Assembly: GCF_009914755.1 (NCBI RefSeq)
Contig: NC_060927.1
Length of the DNA stretch: 64,000 nucleotides
Strand: one strand, 5' to 3'
From: the human T2T-CHM13v2.0 reference genome, Homo sapiens
This document shows, piece after piece, positions 31,000-45,038 of this stretch. The translations under genes were made by a program, and so were the position numbers. The first letter of the stretch is position 1, and each line of letters starts with the position of its first letter. Under the pieces are notes generated by a model that was given only the letters and a program-made list of their open reading frames with translations, was not told the DNA's origin and did no database searches.

Positions 31000-33413
31000 A
31001 ATAAACTTTATTTTATATAGCCTGTTTTAGGTTCACAGCAAAACTGAGGAGAAAGTAAAAAAGGTTCCCATATGTCCCCAGTCCCCACACACTCACCACC
31101 TCCCCCATTATTGACAGACACCCTGAACTCAGTTGGTACCTGCATTGATACATCATTATCACCCAAAGTCCATTGTTAACATTAGGGTACATTCTAAGTG
31201 TTAACACATTCTGTCGATTTAGACAAAGGTATAATGATTTTTATCCTGTTGGGTGTTCCCTGAGCTTCCTTGATCTGAAGTTTGGACATTAATGTGGGGA
31301 AATTATCAGTCATTATTGCTTCAAATATTGCTTCTGTTTCTTTCTTTTCCTTCTGGTGTTCCCATCACATGCTTGTTAGACCTTTTTTGGTTATTCTACA
31401 ATTCTTGAATATTCTGCTTTGTTGTGGGTTTTTTCAGTCTTTTTTTCTCTTTGCTTTTCAGGTTTGGAAGTTTTTATTGTCATATCCTCAAGCTCAGAGA
31501 TTTTTTTCCTCAGCTGTGTCCACTCTACTATGAGTTTACTGAAGGCACTTTTTATCTTAATTCTTTCTTAGAATTTTCATCTCTCTGCTTACATTATCCA
31601 TCTGTATTTTTCAAGTTGCCTACTTTTTTCATTAAAGTTCTTTGCATATTAATCATAGCTTAAAAAATTCCTTACCTTATAATTATATTGCAGGGTATTT
31701 TCTTGACCCCTTCCTAAGATTCATGACAGGGGTGCATCACTTACCAAGCCCACTCACTCAACCCCTCATGGGTGGAAGCATGCAAACAAACAAGGGCAGG
31801 AACCAGCCTCTTTGGTGCTGGAAGAAGTGAACTCCAGGCAGGCCCATGGGAGTGTCCAGGTCAGGGTGCCTGTGACCTCAAGACCCCAGAGGCTGAGCTC
31901 TCTTAGCTCTGCCATCTGTAGACAGCAGTGTGTTATCAGCTCAGTGGGCCCTTTGTCTTGTAGCATGGGGCAGCTGCCTTCCGCCAGCAAGGGCAAAGTG
32001 TCAGTGTGACAGCCTTTTTGGGTATTCACACCCAGTGCATCTTGAATTCTTGTCTGGTGCCCAAGAGGATTGAGGTCACATGGACGAATTGAAAGATGGT
32101 GAATGTGGAGAATTTTGTTGAGTGATGAAAGTGGCTCTCAGTAGAGAGGGGAGCTGGAAAGGGGACAGGAAGGGAAGTTACTCTCCCCTGAAGTCAAGCC
32201 ACCTCTCTCCGATGTCCAGCCACTGTCTCTGAAGTCAAGCTGCCTCTCTCTGACATCCAGGTGCTTCTTCCCGATGTCCAGCTGCTTCTAACCTCTGCCG
32301 GCTGAGTCTGGGGTCTTATAGGCACAGGATGGGGACAAGGTGGGCCATAGGTAGTTTTCAAAAAGGAAACATTCGATTGATAAAAAGACATTATTCAGAA
32401 AGAACCAATCGGGAGAGAGTGGACACACAGGGATGGAAGTTCTCACTTTGGGCTGCGAGTTTCAGGCTTTTTGGTTCAAAGGTGGGGATTTGCCAGGGAC
32501 CAACCCCTGTCTGCCTAGAGTTTCTCTGCACCTGTCACTGTCAGTTACAACATTTCTATCATATCTGACTCTGTTCTGACATTTGTTCTGTTTCATTTTT
32601 GCCTTTAGTATGTCTTGTAATTTTTATGTTGAAAGATGAGCTTGATGTATGGGTAAAAGAAATTTCAGTAAATATATCTTCAGTAATGCAAAGTAAGACG
32701 TGAAAAGAGGAAAATGTTTCAGTCTTACAATTAGATCTCAGTCTTTTGGTGACCCCCTATCCCTGGACTGTGAACTTTCAAACACTTCTCAGGTCCCCCA
32801 CCTCCCAAAGTGGGCTAGGAAAACTAGAGGAAGCTGGAGTTGGATATTTCCCTTCCCCTAACTGCGTTAGGCTCTGATAAACATTGGCACATTAGGTTCT
32901 GGTAAAATAGTTTCTCCTGAGGGCAGACTTTGTTACAGAATGTTCTGATGTATTTGAAATGGCTACAATTCCCCTCCCTCTACTGAAAATGAGATTTTTT
33001 TTTTCCTTTGATAATTGCTGTGAGGAGGTGGTAGAGCTCCTGTAGGTAAAACTCACAAAAGAACGGGTATGCCCCTATGACTAATCCTTTCTAGACACTT
33101 TTGGAACAAGTCTCACTTTCAGACTTGTTCAAACTGAGCCTTCAGCAATTTGTCATTTACAGCTTAGGTTTTCCTTACCCAGCACTGCTTCCAGTGGAGG
33201 TTTATACTCATGGATTTCTGCTCAGGTAAGTTGTGATTTTCTATATTTGCCTTTCTCACCAATTTTTGAAGCAGTGGTTTGCCCTGTAACCTCACTTCTC
33301 TGATTAATCTAAGAAATGTTGTTGATTTTTCTGTTTGTTCAGCTTTTCATAAGTTGTTAACACAGAATGGCAACTTCTAAGCTCCACAGATACCAAAGTA
33401 GAAACCAAAAGTC
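31000..33413 (-). mobile_element. L1MC1-like element with both ends but internally deleted, interrupted by an LTR
   Basis: 3' UTR 'ttttaggttcacagcaaaactgag...acatcattatcacccaaagtccat' (31000-31240) is joined to ORF1/5' UTR text ending 'gaaaccaaaagtc' at 33413. Confidence 0.7.
31686..32543 (-). mobile_element. ERV1 solo LTR of the MER52/LTR27/LTR28 group
   Basis: Minus strand starts 'tgacagtgacaggtgcagagaaactctaggcagacagggg', has a TATA-like 'cctataagacccc' and ends 'aaaataccctgcaata'. Near-TSD ATTA/GTTA. Confidence 0.8.
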
Positions 33414-33515
33414 CTGGTTTTCTTAATGAAATATGTTCTCATTTTTTGATGAATAAAATAGATATGTTCTCACTGTTTGGTGAAATCTTCCATCACTTTC
33501 ATTAATATATGTGTT

Positions 33516-33746
33516 GGCTGGGCATGTGGCTCACACCTGTAATCCCAGCACTTTGGGAGGCCGAGGCGGGCGGATCACTTGAGGTCAGGAGTTCACAACC
33601 AGCCTGGCCAACATGGTGAAACCCCGTCTCTACTAAAAATACAAAAAAATTAGCCGGGTGTGGTGGTGGGCGCCTGTAATCCCAGCTACTCGGGAGCCTG
33701 AGGCAGTAGAATCGTTTGAACCCAGTAGGCAGAGGTTGCAGTGAGC
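33516..33746 (+). mobile_element. AluSx-like, 3'-truncated (no A tail)
   Basis: Alu text stops abruptly at 'ggttgcagtgagc'. Confidence 0.93.
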
Positions 33747-33997
33747 AGTGTGTTGTGTTATACATTGTGTAACAATGTAACGTGTTACATTAACATTGCT
33801 GTGTATAATGATACCATGATATCATGTTAAGTTACTCACTGCCCTTCTAAAACATACTGACTGCACACATAAACAATGCTCAGTACATAAGTCTGATGTA
33901 TTCTGAATGAATCATATGAGATTTAATGAGTATGTTTTTAAAAGTCATACAGGGTTGTATTGAAGAATAATTACCTGAAATTTATCTATTTTTTGAG

Positions 33998-34247
33998 ATT
34001 TTTAAAAATGTTTGTTTCAATAGTTTTTTAGGGTACAGGTGGTTTTTGGTTATGTGGATAAATTCTTTTGTGGTGATTTTTGAAATTTTAGTGCACCTGT
34101 CACCCAAGCAGTTTACACTGTACCAAATATGTAGTCTTTTATCCCTCAACTCCCTCCCATTTTTCCCTACCCCAAGTACCCAAAGTCCATTATATCATTC
34201 TTAGGCCTTTGTGTTCTGGTAGTTTAGCTGTCACTTGTGAGTGAGAA
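33998..34247 (-). mobile_element. L1PB 3' end
   Basis: 'tcaatagttttttagggtacaggtggtttttggttatgtggataaattc...aaagtccattatatcattctta'. Confidence 0.85.
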
Positions 34248-34259
34248 TTTATTTATTTA

Positions 34260-35795
34260 TTTTAAATTTTAATTATGGTAAAACCACTTAGCATCAGATC
34301 TACCCTCTTCACAGATTTTTAAGTGTACAATATAACATTGTTATGTATAGGCACAATGTCACACAGCACGTATCAAGAATTTATTCATCTTGGAAAGCTG
34401 AAATTTTGTGCCCATTGATCAGCAACTTCTTGTTTCCCCATACCACTTAGCCCTGGTAACCACAATTATATTGTTTGCCCCCTTGAATCTGATAATTTTA
34501 GTACCTCATGTAAGGGGAATATTGTGGTATTTGTCCTTCTGTGATTGGCTTATTTCACTTAGTACAATGTCCTTACTTTAATCCATGTTGTCACATATGG
34601 CAGCATTTCCTTCTTTTCTAGGGCTGAATAGTATTTTATTGTATGCATATACCAAAGTAAATTTTTTATGCATTTATATGTTGATAGACATCTAGATTGT
34701 TTTACATTTGGCTATTGTGAATAGTACTGAAATAAATATGGAAAAAATGTCTCTTAGAAACCCTAGTTTCAATTCTTTTGGATAAATACCCAGAATGGGA
34801 TTGCTGAATTATATGGTAGTTCTGTTTTTATTTTTTGAGGAACCTTCAAACAGTTTTCCACAGTGACTGTACCAGTTTACATCCCTCCCAACAGTGCGCA
34901 AGGGCAACAATTTATCCACAACCTCACCAACACTTACCTTTTCTGTTTTTGATAATAGCCATCCTAACAGGTGCGACATGATATCTCATTGTGGTTTTGA
35001 CTTGTATTTCCTCAATTATTAGTGATATTGAGCATCTTTTCCCACCCGTTAGTCATTTGTGTTTTTTGGAAAAATGTCTATTCAAGGTTTTAGCCCATTT
35101 TTAAATTAAGTTATTACTTATTTTATTATTGAGTCCCTTATATATTTTGGAGTTTAAACGCTTATCAGATATATGATTTGCAAAAGTTTCCTCTCATTAT
35201 GTAGGTTGCTTTTTCACTCTATTGATCATTTCCTTTGATTTGCAGAAGATTTTTAGTTTGCTGTAGTCCCACTTGTCTATTTTTGCTTTGGTTGCCCATG
35301 CTTTTGGTGTCAACATTCATCAAATCATTGCTAAAACCAACGTCATGAAGTTTTACCCAGTGTTTCTTCTAATAGTTTCATAGTTTCAGATCTTACATCT
35401 AAGTGTTTAATATATTTTGAGTTGATTTTTGTGTGATAGAAGGGTCCAATTTCATTCTTTTCATGTGAATATTCAATTTTTACAATACCATTTGTGAAGA
35501 AATTATCGTTTATCCATTGTGGTACTTGGTATTCTTTTCTTTTAGTTTTTAATATTTTATTTTTATACTCGTAGCCCTCATTTCCTGAAGATTAGATTGG
35601 CATTCTTGCTGAACATCAGTTGACCATATATGCATGGGTTTATTTCTGGACTCACTATTCTGTTCCATTCTTATATATTATCTGTCTGTATGCCAGTAGC
35701 ACACTATTTTGAGATTCTTCATTTTTATCATAAAAGGGTCTTGAATTTTATCAATTTTTTTCTACATTTAATGAGAGACCATATGATTTTTATCC
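34260..35795 (-). mobile_element. L1MA9/L1MB-like 3' portion
   Basis: 'cacttagcatcagatctaccctctt...tttaagtgtacaata' followed by continuous antisense ORF2 text. Confidence 0.85.
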
Positions 35796-36119
35796 TTTGT
35801 GAACTCCATTTTACAAATTTATTTTTTTGACTGCTACCTTCAATTTAGTTTTCTTAGATTGTCATTGACCTTGTATATATAGAATGTACCATCTTGGGTG
35901 CTTCTAAAAATATGCTGATGAGGAAATCATCCCTGATGATAGTGACAGATTTTTTAATGGAGCACATAATATTAAAATAGAAGGAATAATACAAGGGTAA
36001 GAGTTTGGATATTCTAACTTACTATTATGTATTGCATTCTCTAATTCCTTTTTATTGAATATACTGAAATCAATATGTCTAATCCATACAACTCTCTTGA
36101 GTTCTAGCTCCACCTTTTC

Positions 36120-36480
36120 ATATACTGTCTTCATATCTCCATCTAGATAGCCAGAGATTTATCAAATTCCAGGTGATAAAAACAGAATTCATGCTTCTCC
36201 TACAATATACTCCTCTTCCTGAACTTTTTGTATCAGCTAATGGTATATCACTCCTCTTGAACTCTCACCCAAACTGTTGAAATCACCTTCCAACTTTTCC
36301 TTCCACCTCCAGTCTCTTCTATCTTTGACATAGATGCCAATAATTATCTTTCTATATTGTAAGCATTGCTATATCTATTGCCCCCTCTAAAACCCTTCAG
36401 TGGCTCATCATTGCCTAGAAAACAAAGTCCAGGTTTCTCAACATCACATTCAAGAAATCTGCCTAGCTGATCAACTTTAT
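36120..36480 (+). mobile_element. L2 fragment
   Basis: 'aaaacccttcagtggctcatcattgcctagaaaacaaagtccagg'. Confidence 0.6.
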
Positions 36481-37339
36481 GTATGTTCTTCATACAGTAT
36501 TTTCATGGTATTCTCTATCAGACATATTGCTTCCCATCATTCTGACACCAATAGGGCTTAGGAAGTGAAAGAGTATTAGCAGAAGACCATGATTTTGAGC
36601 CAATAAATTACTGAGTATAAAACCTGACTTCAATAATTTGGTAGTAATATGAATAATACAAATTGATTAGCTTTATCTACTTCATAGAATTATATTAAGG
36701 ATTCAAAAGACTGATTCTATTTATATACATATTATCTTACTATCATCACTCTGTACTTAATGTATTACCATTCTATTCATATATCTTTAAGTATTAGATC
36801 TGCCACTTAGTAGGCAATTAATAATTTGTTAATGTAATTATCCTCATCAGTCATTTGTTATGTTCTCATAAAAGCTTCTTCTAGTTTCTGTTAGTGAATT
36901 TTTGACACGCATCAAGTTGTTCAAAGAGGGATATATGCACATTGTTTTATAATTCCTTGTGTTCACTATCTATCTCTTCCAGTATGAGTTTCTCATGGCC
37001 CTTAAATGAAGTAATGAGAAGGGAATTCAGTGTTAGAATAGAAGATGCATGGAGGAATTAGTTGCAGAACAAAGAAGGGCAAACACAGACCACTCATTGT
37101 GGAAGTTTATTCATAGCTACTATTATTTTTCACTTCCCTCACTCTCAGAAAACTTCTTGCAAAATATCTCTCACTCTGTCTTCTGAATCTCAGTACTCTC
37201 TCTTACTCCTCAACCAAAGACAGTATGAATTCTGTACCCACTACTCATTGATAAAATTATTTATTCAAAACATACAATGGACTAATATATATATATTTCA
37301 CTATATTTCACAATATAAGTATATATAGAGTATTGTGTC

Positions 37340-37520
37340 CTCTGTCACCCAGTCATGCTTTTCCCCATCCTGGGGACAATTCCTGTGATTAGTTTTCTTT
37401 TCATCCTTCCATATACAGTCTATGTATTCTCAACATCTATGTTTATATGTATGTGATTCTTTAAAACATTTTATACAGTCAGCAGCATAATGCACTTTTC
37501 TGCACTTTGCTTTCGCAAAT

Positions 37521-37577
<57 letters not shown>

Positions 37578-38410
37578 ATATCTATCTGTCATCTATCTCC
37601 ATGGTGGTAATATAGCATGCCCTATTTTCTAAACCTTCATGAAGTTCCAATATATAGATGTGTTATATTTTATTTAATCTGCTCTACACTAGTGGACAAC
37701 TAGACTTTTCAAACCTGTGACATAAAAGATATCACTACAATGTATATTCTCATACAACCATCCTTTTGTACACATGAGAAAAGCCTTTAAATGAGAAATT
37801 AGATCAAAGGGTGTATCTGTTTTTAATTTTGAAAGGTTTTACTAAGTTGTCTCATCAGAAACTGTACTACTGGTCACGTTCCTACCAGCTAGATCTTCAA
37901 CTGCCTTCAGGCAATGATATCAGTGCAGTGTGTTACCAGACAAATTTCTTTTTGCCAAACTGATTGGTTAAAAAGTATCTTATTTTCATTTGCATTTGCA
38001 TTTGTGCTAATATAAGAAAGATACATTTTTTTCCTAAGATTAAAAGCCATATGTTGACTTTTTTTTTTCTTTTTGGTAAACAGTTCACATGCTTTGCTCA
38101 TTATTTTTCTAGTGAGCTAGGGATTTTTTGATGAGCTGTTTCCAAATTATACAGAGTTATAGATATTTATATGTATATACATATATAGTTACATTTACTG
38201 TAACTAATTATATGTAGGTATGTGTATACATAGTTATAGTTATATATACTTATATATTATAAAGTATATATGTATGCATGTATTATATATATATGAGTAT
38301 GTGTATGTGTGTGTGTGTGTGCATGCATGTGTGTGTGTGTGGTGTGTGTGAGATATGAGTTGCAGATATTTCCCTCATTTATCTCTTATTTTCTGACTTT
38401 GTTCATGGAG
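37340..38410 (-). mobile_element. Ancient L1M 3' fragment with embedded simple repeats
   Basis: 'gtggacaactagacttttc', 'agatcaaagggtgtatctgtttttaattttg', 'ttttgccaaactgattggttaaaaagtatctta'. Confidence 0.55.
37522..37577. repeat. (TATC)14 tetranucleotide STR
   Basis: 56-bp perfect TATC array. Confidence 0.97.
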
Positions 38411-38439
38411 TTTTTCCTCCTGCTTTTGAGAATCTTTTG

Positions 38440-39658
38440 TTTCCTGCTTCTAACAACCTATGCTCATATGTGTGAGCAAAGAAATAACATAAAACTGGAA
38501 CTTATATTTAAAGAGGAAGCAGAGTGTAAAACTTTGAAAAATGTGCAGCCCAGCTACGTGGTAGAAAAGAAAAATCCATTTTCAGGGGAGAAATTCAAGC
38601 TGGCTGCAGAAATTCGCATAACTAAAAGGAAGGCAAATGCTTACACAATGGGGGAAAGGCCTCGATGGCATTTCAGTGACCTTCACAGCAGCCCCTCTTT
38701 ACAGGCCCAGAGAGGTCTAGAAGGATATAATGATCTTGTTGGCTGTGTCCAGGGCCCTGCTGTCCTGCACAGCCTCAGAACACTGCTCCCTTCATCCCAG
38801 AAGCTTGAACTCCAGCCATGGCTGAAAGGGGCCCAGCTACAGCTCAGGTCACTGCTTCAGAGGGTGCAAACTATAAGTCTTTGCAGCTTTCACATGGTGA
38901 TAAGCCTGCATGTGTGCAGAGTCCAATAGTTGAGTCTTGGAAGCCTCAGCCTAGATTACTATACTATGTATGGAAAAGCTGGAATGTCCAGTCAGAAAGC
39001 TGCTGCAGGGGTAGGGCCCTCATGGAGAACCTCTACTAGGGCAGCATGGTGGGGAAATGTGGGGTGGGAGCCTCCACAGAGAGTCCCCATTGGGACACTG
39101 CCTAAGGGAGCTGTGATAAGAGGGCCACTATCCTCCATACTCCAGAATGGTAGATCTACCGGCAGCTTGCACCATGAACCTAGAAAAGCTGCAGGCCCTG
39201 AACACTAGCCCTTGAGAGCAGCTGTGGGGACTGAACCCTGGAAAGCCACAGAGGCAGAGCTGTCCAAGGCTTTGGAAACACACCCCTTGCACAAGTGTGC
39301 CCTGGATGTGGGACATGGAGACAAAGATTATTTTGGAGCTTTCTATTTAATATTTAATGACTGTCCTGCTGGGTTTTGAACTTGTGTGGGGCCTGTAGGC
39401 CTTTTCTTTTTGCCAATTTCTCTCTTTTGGAATGGATTATTTACTGAATGCCTATATCCCCATTGTATATTGGAGGTAACTATTTTTTTTTTTTTATTTT
39501 ACACCCATTTAAGTGACTTTCCTTATCTCAGATGAGAGTTTGGACTTTGGACTTTTGAGTAAATGTTGGAATGAGTCAAGACTTTTGGGGACTGTTGAGA
39601 AGGGATGATTGTATTTTGCAGTGTGAGGACATGATATTTGGAGGGGCCAAGGGTGGGA
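38440..39658 (+). mobile_element. MST-int (MaLR internal region), 5' part and 5' LTR missing
   Basis: Translation 'KLELIFKEEAECKTLKNVQPSYVVEKKNPFSGEKFK' matches the MaLR ORF remnant. Polypurine tract 'ggaggggccaagggtggga' precedes the LTR. Confidence 0.88.
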
Positions 39659-40056
39659 TGATATGATTTGTATCTGTATCCCCACCAAATCTCATGCCAA
39701 ATTGTAGTCTGAAGTGTTGGAGGTGGGACCTGGTAGAATCATGGGACGGAGTTATCATGAATGGTTTAGCGTCATCCTCTTGGTGCTGTTCTCGTGATAC
39801 TGAGTTCTTGTGAGGATTGGTTGTTTAAAAGTGTGTAGCACCTTCCTCCTCTCTCTCTTCTCCTGCTTTGGCCATGTAAAATGTGCCTGCTTCCCCTTTG
39901 CCTTCTGCCATGAATGTAAGTTTCCTGAAGCCTCCACAGAAGCAGGAGCTGCTATGCTTCCTATACAGCCTGCAGATCCATGAGCCAATTAAACCTCTTT
40001 ACAAATTACCCATTCTCAGGTATTTCTTTATAGCAATGCAAGAATGGATTAATACA
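39659..40056 (+). mobile_element. MSTA LTR (3' LTR)
   Basis: TG..CA ends, 'tgatatgatttg' to 'gcaatgcaagaatggattaataca'. Contains 'catgaatggtttagc' and 'ccaattaaacctc'. Confidence 0.92.
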
Positions 40057-41459
40057 GTCTTGTAACATGCTGCTGGATTCTATTTGTACTTAGTCCAATA
40101 TAACAGGAGTAGATGCAAAATTTTGTTGAGATGAGAATGAACAAATATAGGGACTTGATATTGATAACCTTTGTCATTTCACTGAAATAAAAGGAGTGAT
40201 AATCCATTTAGTCACCTAGCATTTGTAAAGCCCACACTAGAAAACAAGTACTGAGTTAATGCTGGGGCTGAGAATATGGAAAGGGCATTATTTCTGTCTT
40301 CAAAAGCACACAGCTGAGTGAGTCAGAAATATATTCAACAAATCATAATGTAGTGTGGTCAAAGCTTTTGTAGTAATAGGACCATGAAAAATCAGGGGCC
40401 AGCATAACCTAGAATGTTTGAGGGAGTTGCAGGATGCATAACAGGTAGTGACATATAATCTGGCTTGGAGACTAAAAACTTAGTTTTTGGAGAAACAACT
40501 GGGTGGAGTTTGTTAAGGAACAAACAAACAGAAGAGATGGTTTTAGGTAACCCAGATAGTAAAAGAAGAGCCAATTTGAATTTAAAGCATATTTTCAGAG
40601 AGCTACTTTTATAACTAGAATTAGTGAATACAATAGATGAAAAGAAACTTAGGACTAATCTCATTTTTGTGGCCACCTCGGTTGGCAGCATCCTTCTTTA
40701 GCATGAGAGGTGAAATAGTGAGATGGCAATTGAAGTTAGCAGGCATAATAAGGCTGGATAGTGTTCAGTGTGTGTGCAAGAGTCTAAGGAGTTTGTAAGG
40801 CATTATGGGCATTTATCACAGACAGGAGTAAAATTGCTATACTATGTGAAGAGAGGCATTAAGAATAAACACATTCTGCTGGTATAAGATGCAAGAAATA
40901 ATTCAGATAGGGAGACTGTATATCTAGTATTTAATAACCTGCTGCTGAATGCATGGCAGACAACATACATATAATATCCTCTAATTCACAGAAATCCTGA
41001 GACATTGGTATTTCATAAGTGAAGGGTTAGATACACTGTATAATTTGTTCAAGTCAAAAGCTGGTGAATGACAGAGCCAGGATTAGAATGAAGATATTTG
41101 AGACTTTGGTGAAGCCACAGATCACATGGAGAAGTGTGTAAGATCTCCATAGAGGTGCTAGCCTTCTATCCCTACAAACTTTACTTGTTAAAACCATGGT
41201 TCTCCTTGTAGACAATATATGCCTAAAAGTATTGAACACCCAAATGAGGCAGTGATTCAAAAAGAGAGTAGTAAAGCCTAGAATCAGCACTGTACTTATG
41301 GCCTGGTGCCTTGTTTTTCACTAATTTTTCAGATCACAAATTCTGAGCCTTTTTTCTGATCCTCCTAGTTATATCTGCTCCCATAGAAAGTTTGACCTTT
41401 TATTTATTAACACTGTTACTTCCAGAACCTCCCAGGATGATTAGGAGCTCTGAGCCTAG

Positions 41460-41625
41460 TAATAATAATAATGAAAATACTCCTGTAGCATTTATTATTT
41501 GCTTGACATTGTTCTAAACACTTTACATACTCGTTTAATCTTCACAGTTAATACCATGAGGTATATTCTACAGCATTAAGAACAGTCACAGAGCTTCTAA
41601 TGACAGCAGGATTTGGGTTCAGATT
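41460..41625 (-). mobile_element. MIR fragment
   Basis: 'cattgttctaaacactttacatactcgtttaatcttcacag'. Confidence 0.6.
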
Positions 41626-42178
41626 TTTTAAAATTTTAAACATGTTTTATTTGGAAGAACACAATAAATTCTACTTGTTTTTCAATACATTCTATGCATT
41701 TTCTTAAATTAAATTACATTTTATATTCAGGGGTTACATGTTCAGGTTATAACCATAGTAGTGGGTAATTACTAGTTACACTAGAAGCCCAATCCCCACC
41801 ACTATAGCCTAACTGTCACAGAAAGAATGAACATTGTGTCCGACAGGTAATTTTCAACTCTCTGCACACCTTCCAAGCTCCTTATCTTTTGAAGTCCCCA
41901 GTGTCTACTGTTTCCACTTCTATGTCCATATGTACCCATTGTTTACCTCCCACTTGTAGATGAGAACATGCGTTATACATTGATTCTTTTGTCTATGAGT
42001 TATTTCACGTAGGATAATGGCCTCTGGCCCCGTTCATGTCACTGCAAATGACACTGTTTCATTCTTTTTTATGGCTACACAGTATTCCATGGTGTATCCA
42101 TACCACATTTTGTTTATCCAGTCCACCACTGATGGACACTTAGATACTTAGATTGGATCACTTTACTCTTGCAAATAG

Positions 42179-42507
<329 letters not shown>

Positions 42508-43670
42508 ATTGTTGTTATTTTTTAAATACAATTATTTCTTTTCCTTTGGGTAGATACGCAGTAGTGGGATTTCTGGGTTGAATGGCAGTTCTGATTTTAG
42601 TCCTTTGAGAGCTCTCCCTACAGTTTTTCATATGGGTTTAACTATATTTACATTCTCACTAACAGAGTATAAGTGTTCTGTTTTCTCCTCATCCATGCCA
42701 ACATCTTTGTTGTTTTTTGACTTTGTAGTAATAGCCATTCTTATTGGTGTAGGGTTATATCACCTTGTGGTTTTAATTTGCATTTCTCTAATGATTAGTT
42801 ATATTGAGCATTTTTTATATGCATGTTGGACAGTTGTATGTCTTCTTTTGAAAAATGTCTCTTCATGTCCTTTGCCCACATTCTAAAAAATGAGGTTATT
42901 TGTTTTTGTTGTTGTTATCATTGAGATGTTTGAATTCCTTATAAATGCATAATATAAAAATATTTTCCCTCACTCTGCACATTGTCTGTTCACTGTGTCG
43001 AATATTTATTTTTCTGTGCAGAAGCTTTTTAGTATAATTAAATATCATTTGTCTATTTTTGTTTTTGTTGCATTTGCCTTTGGGATCTTCATCATACTCT
43101 TTTTGCATAGGCCCATATCCAGAAGAGTTTTCCGAGCTTTTCTTCTAGAAATTTTATAGTTTCAGGTATTATGTTTAAATATTTTATCCATCTTGAGTTA
43201 ATTTTTGTATATGATGAGAGATAAGGATCCAATTTTATTCTTTTGCATATGGCTAGCCAGTTTTCCGATCACCATTTGTTGAATAAGATATCCTTTTCCC
43301 ATTGTTTATTTTTGTCAACTTTGTCAAAGATTAGTGGGTTATAGATATGTGGCTTTATTTCTGGGTTCTCTATTCTGTTCCGTTGGTCTGTGTGTCCATT
43401 TTTGTACCAATACCACGCTGTTTTAGTTACTATAGCCTTATACTATAATTTGAAGTCAGGTAATGTGATGCCTCCAGATTTTTTCTTATTGTTTAGTATT
43501 GCTTTAGCTATTTAGGCTCTTTTTTGATTACATATGAAATTTTTGATTGCTTTTTATAATTCTGTGAAAAATGGCATTGACCATTTGATAGGAATTGCAT
43601 TTAATCTGTAGATTGCTTTGGAGAGTATGGTCATTTTAACACTATTGATTCTTCCCATCCATGAGCATGA

Positions 43671-44004
<334 letters not shown>

Positions 44005-45010
44005 TCATATAATTTCTTTCATTAGCCTTTTGTAGTTTTCCTTATAGAGATGATTCACCTCCTTGGTTAGCTATATTCCTAGATATTTTATTTTCTTTGT
44101 GCCTGTTGTAAATGGGATTGTGTTCTTGATTTGACTCTCAGCCTGGACATTATTGTTGTGTAGAAATGCTACTGATTCTTGTACATAGATTTTGTATCCT
44201 GAAACTTTAATGAAGTCATTTATCAAGTCTAGGAGTTTTGCGGACGAATCTTAAGGGTTGTCCGTGTATACAATCATGTTATCAGCAAACAGAGATTACT
44301 TGGCTTCTCTTTTCTAATCAGGATGTCTTTTATTTCTTTCTCTTGCCTGTTTGCTCTGGCTAGCACTCCTTGTACTGTGTTGAATAGTAGTGGTGAGAGT
44401 GAATATTCTTGTCTTATTTCAGTTCTTAGGAAGAATGCTTTGAGTTTTTGCCCATTCATTATGATGTTGGTTGTGGGTTTTTCATATATGGTTCTTACTG
44501 TTTTGAAGTATGTTTCTTCAGTGCCTAGTTTGTTGTGGGTTTTTATCATGAAGAGATGCTGGATTTTATTAAATGCTTTTTCTGCATCTATTGAGATGAT
44601 TATATAGTTTTGGTTTTTAATTGTGTTTATGTGATGGATCACATTTATTGATTTGCATATGTGAACCATCCTTGCATTCCTGTAAGAAAAACCCCTGCCC
44701 CCAATCATGATGAATTATCTTTTTGGTGTACTGTTGGATTCAGTTTGCTAGTATTTTGTTGAGGATTTTGCTTGTCTTTTCATCAGGGATATTGTCCTAC
44801 AGTTTTTTGTTGCTGTTGTGTTCTTACCTGATCAGAGGGTTGCTGGTTTTATAGACTAGTTATAGGAGGAATACTTCTTCCTCAGGTTTTTAGTTAGAGA
44901 GGAATTATTCTTTCTTGAGTTTTTGAAATAGTTTCAGTAAAATTGGTACCAGCTCCTTTTATGTCTGGTAGAGTTTGGCTGTGAATCTGTCTGGTCCTGG
45001 GTGGGTTTTT

Positions 45011-45038
45011 TGTTGTTGTTGTTGTTGTTGTTGTTGTT
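45011..45038. repeat. (GTT)n microsatellite inside L1
   Basis: About 9 units seen directly. Confidence 0.9.

Noticed and set aside
38309-38929. 206-aa ORF
   Set aside because: It starts in a TG repeat and runs through old L1 into MST-int, so it is a chimeric repeat-derived frame.
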